54,428 nt of DNA. Source: a virus. Lineage: Duplodnaviria; Caudoviricetes. The translations under genes were made by a program, and so were the position numbers. The stretch's first letter is position 1; each line of letters opens with the position of its first letter. Positions 52,505 to 54,428 of this stretch are shown piece by piece. The notes beneath the pieces were generated by a model. That model was given only the letters and a program-made list of their open reading frames with translations, did not search any database and was not told where the DNA came from. The DNA is taken from positions 1 to 54,428 of the IMG/VR virus record IMGVR_UViG_3300020122_000519; one strand, written 5' to 3'.

Positions 52505-54428
52505 GGTGGTCCACCTTGGCGGAGAGGTGCCCGACCAACTCGGCCAGGAGGATCGATCGCTCCACCACCCCGCGCAGCTGCCCCGGCTTCAGGTGCTGGT
52601 ACATCTTCTTCACTTTGGCGCGTAGATCCTCGTAGTCCGTCGCGGAGTCGACGAGGGAGAGCAGTTCGTTCACACGGTCTCCCATCGCCTTGCCGCCGGC
52701 GCCCTTTGCGGCTTCCGCTAGGTCGTCCACGTAGACCTGACCCTTGCGCCCCCCGGGCTTCAAGCCCTGGCGCCACCGGTTGCCGAAGGTGTCGCGCTTG
52801 GCCTGGACCTCCAGCGGCTGGTCCGCGGAGCCGTCCGGGCGCGGCTCGTCGCCTAAGACCGGGGGCGGCACCCCCACCGATCCCCCGGGGCCGCGCGGCC
52901 GCTCCGGCTGCTGCCCGGGCGTCGGCGGGGGGCGGGGCGGGGAGCGCTTCTCGTCGAGCACCGGCACCCCGTGCTTGTCGAGCAGGGCGTGGATGTCGGC
53001 CTCGGTGCCGGCGAGGAAGGGGACCGCGCTGGCGATCTTGGCCACCGCGTCCGCCGCCTTGGACTCGTCCTCGGGCGGGTCGACCTTGTAGGTGACTTCC
53101 GGCACCAGCCGCCGCCAGTCCACGCCCAGCTGCTCGGCCTCGGCCTCCCAGTTGTAGCGGACGAAGGGCGAGAGGACGGAGGCCGCGATGACTTGCTGGA
53201 GCGCCTCGACGTCGGCTTTCAGGTAGTCCGCCCGGACGTTCTCGTGGACCTGGGCGGCCGCGCGGCTGCCGGCGGCCCCCGTAATCTCCGTGGAGAGGTT
53301 CTGCCCCAGGGTGCAGATGGCGATGGAGGTGTTGATCCGCTTGATCCGCGTCTCGAAGAACGAGTCCGTATTCACCGAGGAGTCGGACGTCTTGAGCATC
53401 TCGACGTCGAAGCCGGGCTTGCCTTCCGCGTACCGGGGCAGGCGGATGGTGGTCTCGTTCCCGAAGTTCTGGAGTGCGGCCGCGAAGGCGGCCTTGTCGT
53501 TTGTGCTCGCCTCGGAAGGGACGAAGGCCTTCACCACGCCCACCGAGAACTTCTCCGAGGCGCGGGCCCAGTCCCGCCAGAGGAACTTGCGGTCGATCCA
53601 CAGGTAGCCCAGCACCCGGATGAGGCCGTAGAGCCAGCCGTGGTTGTGGCCCGAAGGCGTGAAGAACACCCACCGGCCGTCACCTGGGGCGAGCTCTATC
53701 TGACCGTCCTGGTGGATGAGCCAGTAGGAGCGGGTATCCCACCGCCAGTACAGGAACTGGGGGTGCCAGGACTTGAGCGTCGGGTAGACGACGTCGTTGC
53801 CGTCCTCGTCCTTGTCCCACGCCCACACCAACTCGCCGATGCCGGCGTTGAGCATGATGCCCCACGCGGCGAGCTCTTTGAGCGTGGCGGAGGGCATCAT
53901 CCGCTCCCAGTTGTCCTCCACGCACTTGGCGATGCGCTGCTTGAGCTCGATGACCTCCGGGGTGTCGGTCTCGCCTTCGCCCTGGACGTGCTGGGTGGCC
54001 CCCCCGGCGCCCCCGTCCGGTGCGGGGGGCGCGGCGGGGAGCGCGGAGGCGTGCTCGTCGCCCTGGCCCTGCCACTTGAACTCCATCGGCAGGCCGAAGA
54101 CCGCATTGACGCGGGTGGAGACGCAGCCGGTGACGTGGTCGTCCATCCGGGTGGCGTCGGAGAGCAGCGCGGCGGACTGGAACTGGCCTTGCTCGAGCTC
54201 TTCGATCGCCTGGTCCACCACGGGGTACGCATCCCAGGCGTGCTGCACCGAGATGGGTAACTCGAGGTAAGCCTTGAGGGAAGGCTGGATGTTCCCCGTG
54301 GAACGCGGCAGGACCTGGTAGTAGCCCCCGCCGCTGCCCTCCAGCCGCATCGGGTCCGCGTCGGGCTCGAGCCGGGCCAGCGCCACCGTCTCGGTGGTCC
54401 GAGCTGGTGCTGGGGGCGTCGGGGCCGG
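52497..54428 (-). CDS. Portal protein (Mu gp29/DUF935-like), continuing into 1-286 (~696 aa in total)
   Basis: DDHV....STR, GLIR.L, W....EKF, I....LGQNL, AQVHENVR.D...AD. Confidence 0.9.
   Translation of the reverse strand, partial: PAPTPPAPARTTETVALARLEPDADPMRLEGSGGGYYQVLPRSTGNIQPSLKAYLELPISVQHAWDAYPVVDQAIEELEQGQFQSAALLSDATRMDDHVTGCVSTRVNAVFGLPMEFKWQGQGDEHASALPAAPPAPDGGAGGATQHVQGEGETDTPEVIELKQRIAKCVEDNWERMMPSATLKELAAWGIMLNAGIGELVWAWDKDEDGNDVVYPTLKSWHPQFLYWRWDTRSYWLIHQDGQIELAPGDGRWVFFTPSGHNHGWLYGLIRVLGYLWIDRKFLWRDWARASEKFSVGVVKAFVPSEASTNDKAAFAAALQNFGNETTIRLPRYAEGKPGFDVEMLKTSDSSVNTDSFFETRIKRINTSIAICTLGQNLSTEITGAAGSRAAAQVHENVRADYLKADVEALQQVIAASVLSPFVRYNWEAEAEQLGVDWRRLVPEVTYKVDPPEDESKAADAVAKIASAVPFLAGTEADIHALLDKHGVPVLDEKRSPPRPPPTPGQQPERPRGPGGSVGVPPPVLGDEPRPDGSADQPLEVQAKRDTFGNRWRQGLKPGGRKGQVYVDDLAEAAKGAGGKAMGDRVNELLSLVDSATDYEDLRAKVKKMYQHLKPGQLRGVVERSILLAELVGHLSAKVDHRG
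54302..54428. repeat. 127-bp terminal direct repeat, copy 2
   Basis: Identical to 1-127. Confidence 0.95.

Noticed and set aside
93-54260. Long alternative-frame or antisense ORFs (e.g. 93-1289, 8685-10076, 12393-13472, 46975-48231, 49004-50641, 52971-54260)
   Set aside because: Shadows of real genes in high-GC DNA, with no recognisable motifs
45119-54428. Mu-like transposable phage
   Set aside because: Head genes are Mu-like, but there is no MuA/MuB transposase; a tyrosine integrase and tRNA attP are present
1-54428. Apparent excess of CTTGG/CCAAG, CTAG and CTCGAG as a methylation or deamination signature
   Set aside because: Impression only; CCWGG is still common, and a Markov-model k-mer count would be needed, which I cannot run

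Overview
The window is an apparently complete, circularly permuted ~54.3 kb GC-rich temperate myovirus-type phage genome; bases 1-127 repeat exactly at 54302-54428, which looks like an assembler overlap. All protein-family calls come from motifs recognised by eye, with no database searches. A divergent control region at ~13.9-14.05 kb separates two arms. The rightward early arm (14.06-24.73 kb) holds Zn-finger micro-ORFs, a RecT-like annealase, a PD-(D/E)XK exonuclease, DnaQ, a HerA-like ATPase, ASCH and HNH genes. The leftward arm holds an RHH repressor, tyrosine integrase, attP (3' half of tRNA-Gly(GCC)), a Xis-like gene, a replication initiator with internal iterons, a DnaB-like helicase, C5 and N6A methyltransferases, a UDG-like gene, a LexA DNA-binding domain, RusA and terminase. 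It continues across the contig join into a Mu-like head, a contractile tail/baseplate, tail fibre and lysis genes. The host is inferred, not shown, to be a diderm GC-rich bacterium, possibly Myxococcota. Most unusual features: (i) signal-peptide-bearing proteins inside the virion operon, including a tailspike-like 612-aa protein and two paralogous beta-rich proteins in the head and tail modules; (ii) HTH-like domains fused to both the portal and the scaffold, with the same tandem motif upstream of both genes; (iii) a holin-like/internal signal peptide/beta-barrel-like fusion and a papain protease in the lysis cassette; (iv) one beta-domain repeated in four tail proteins; (v) RBS-containing direct repeats bracketing early accessory genes.
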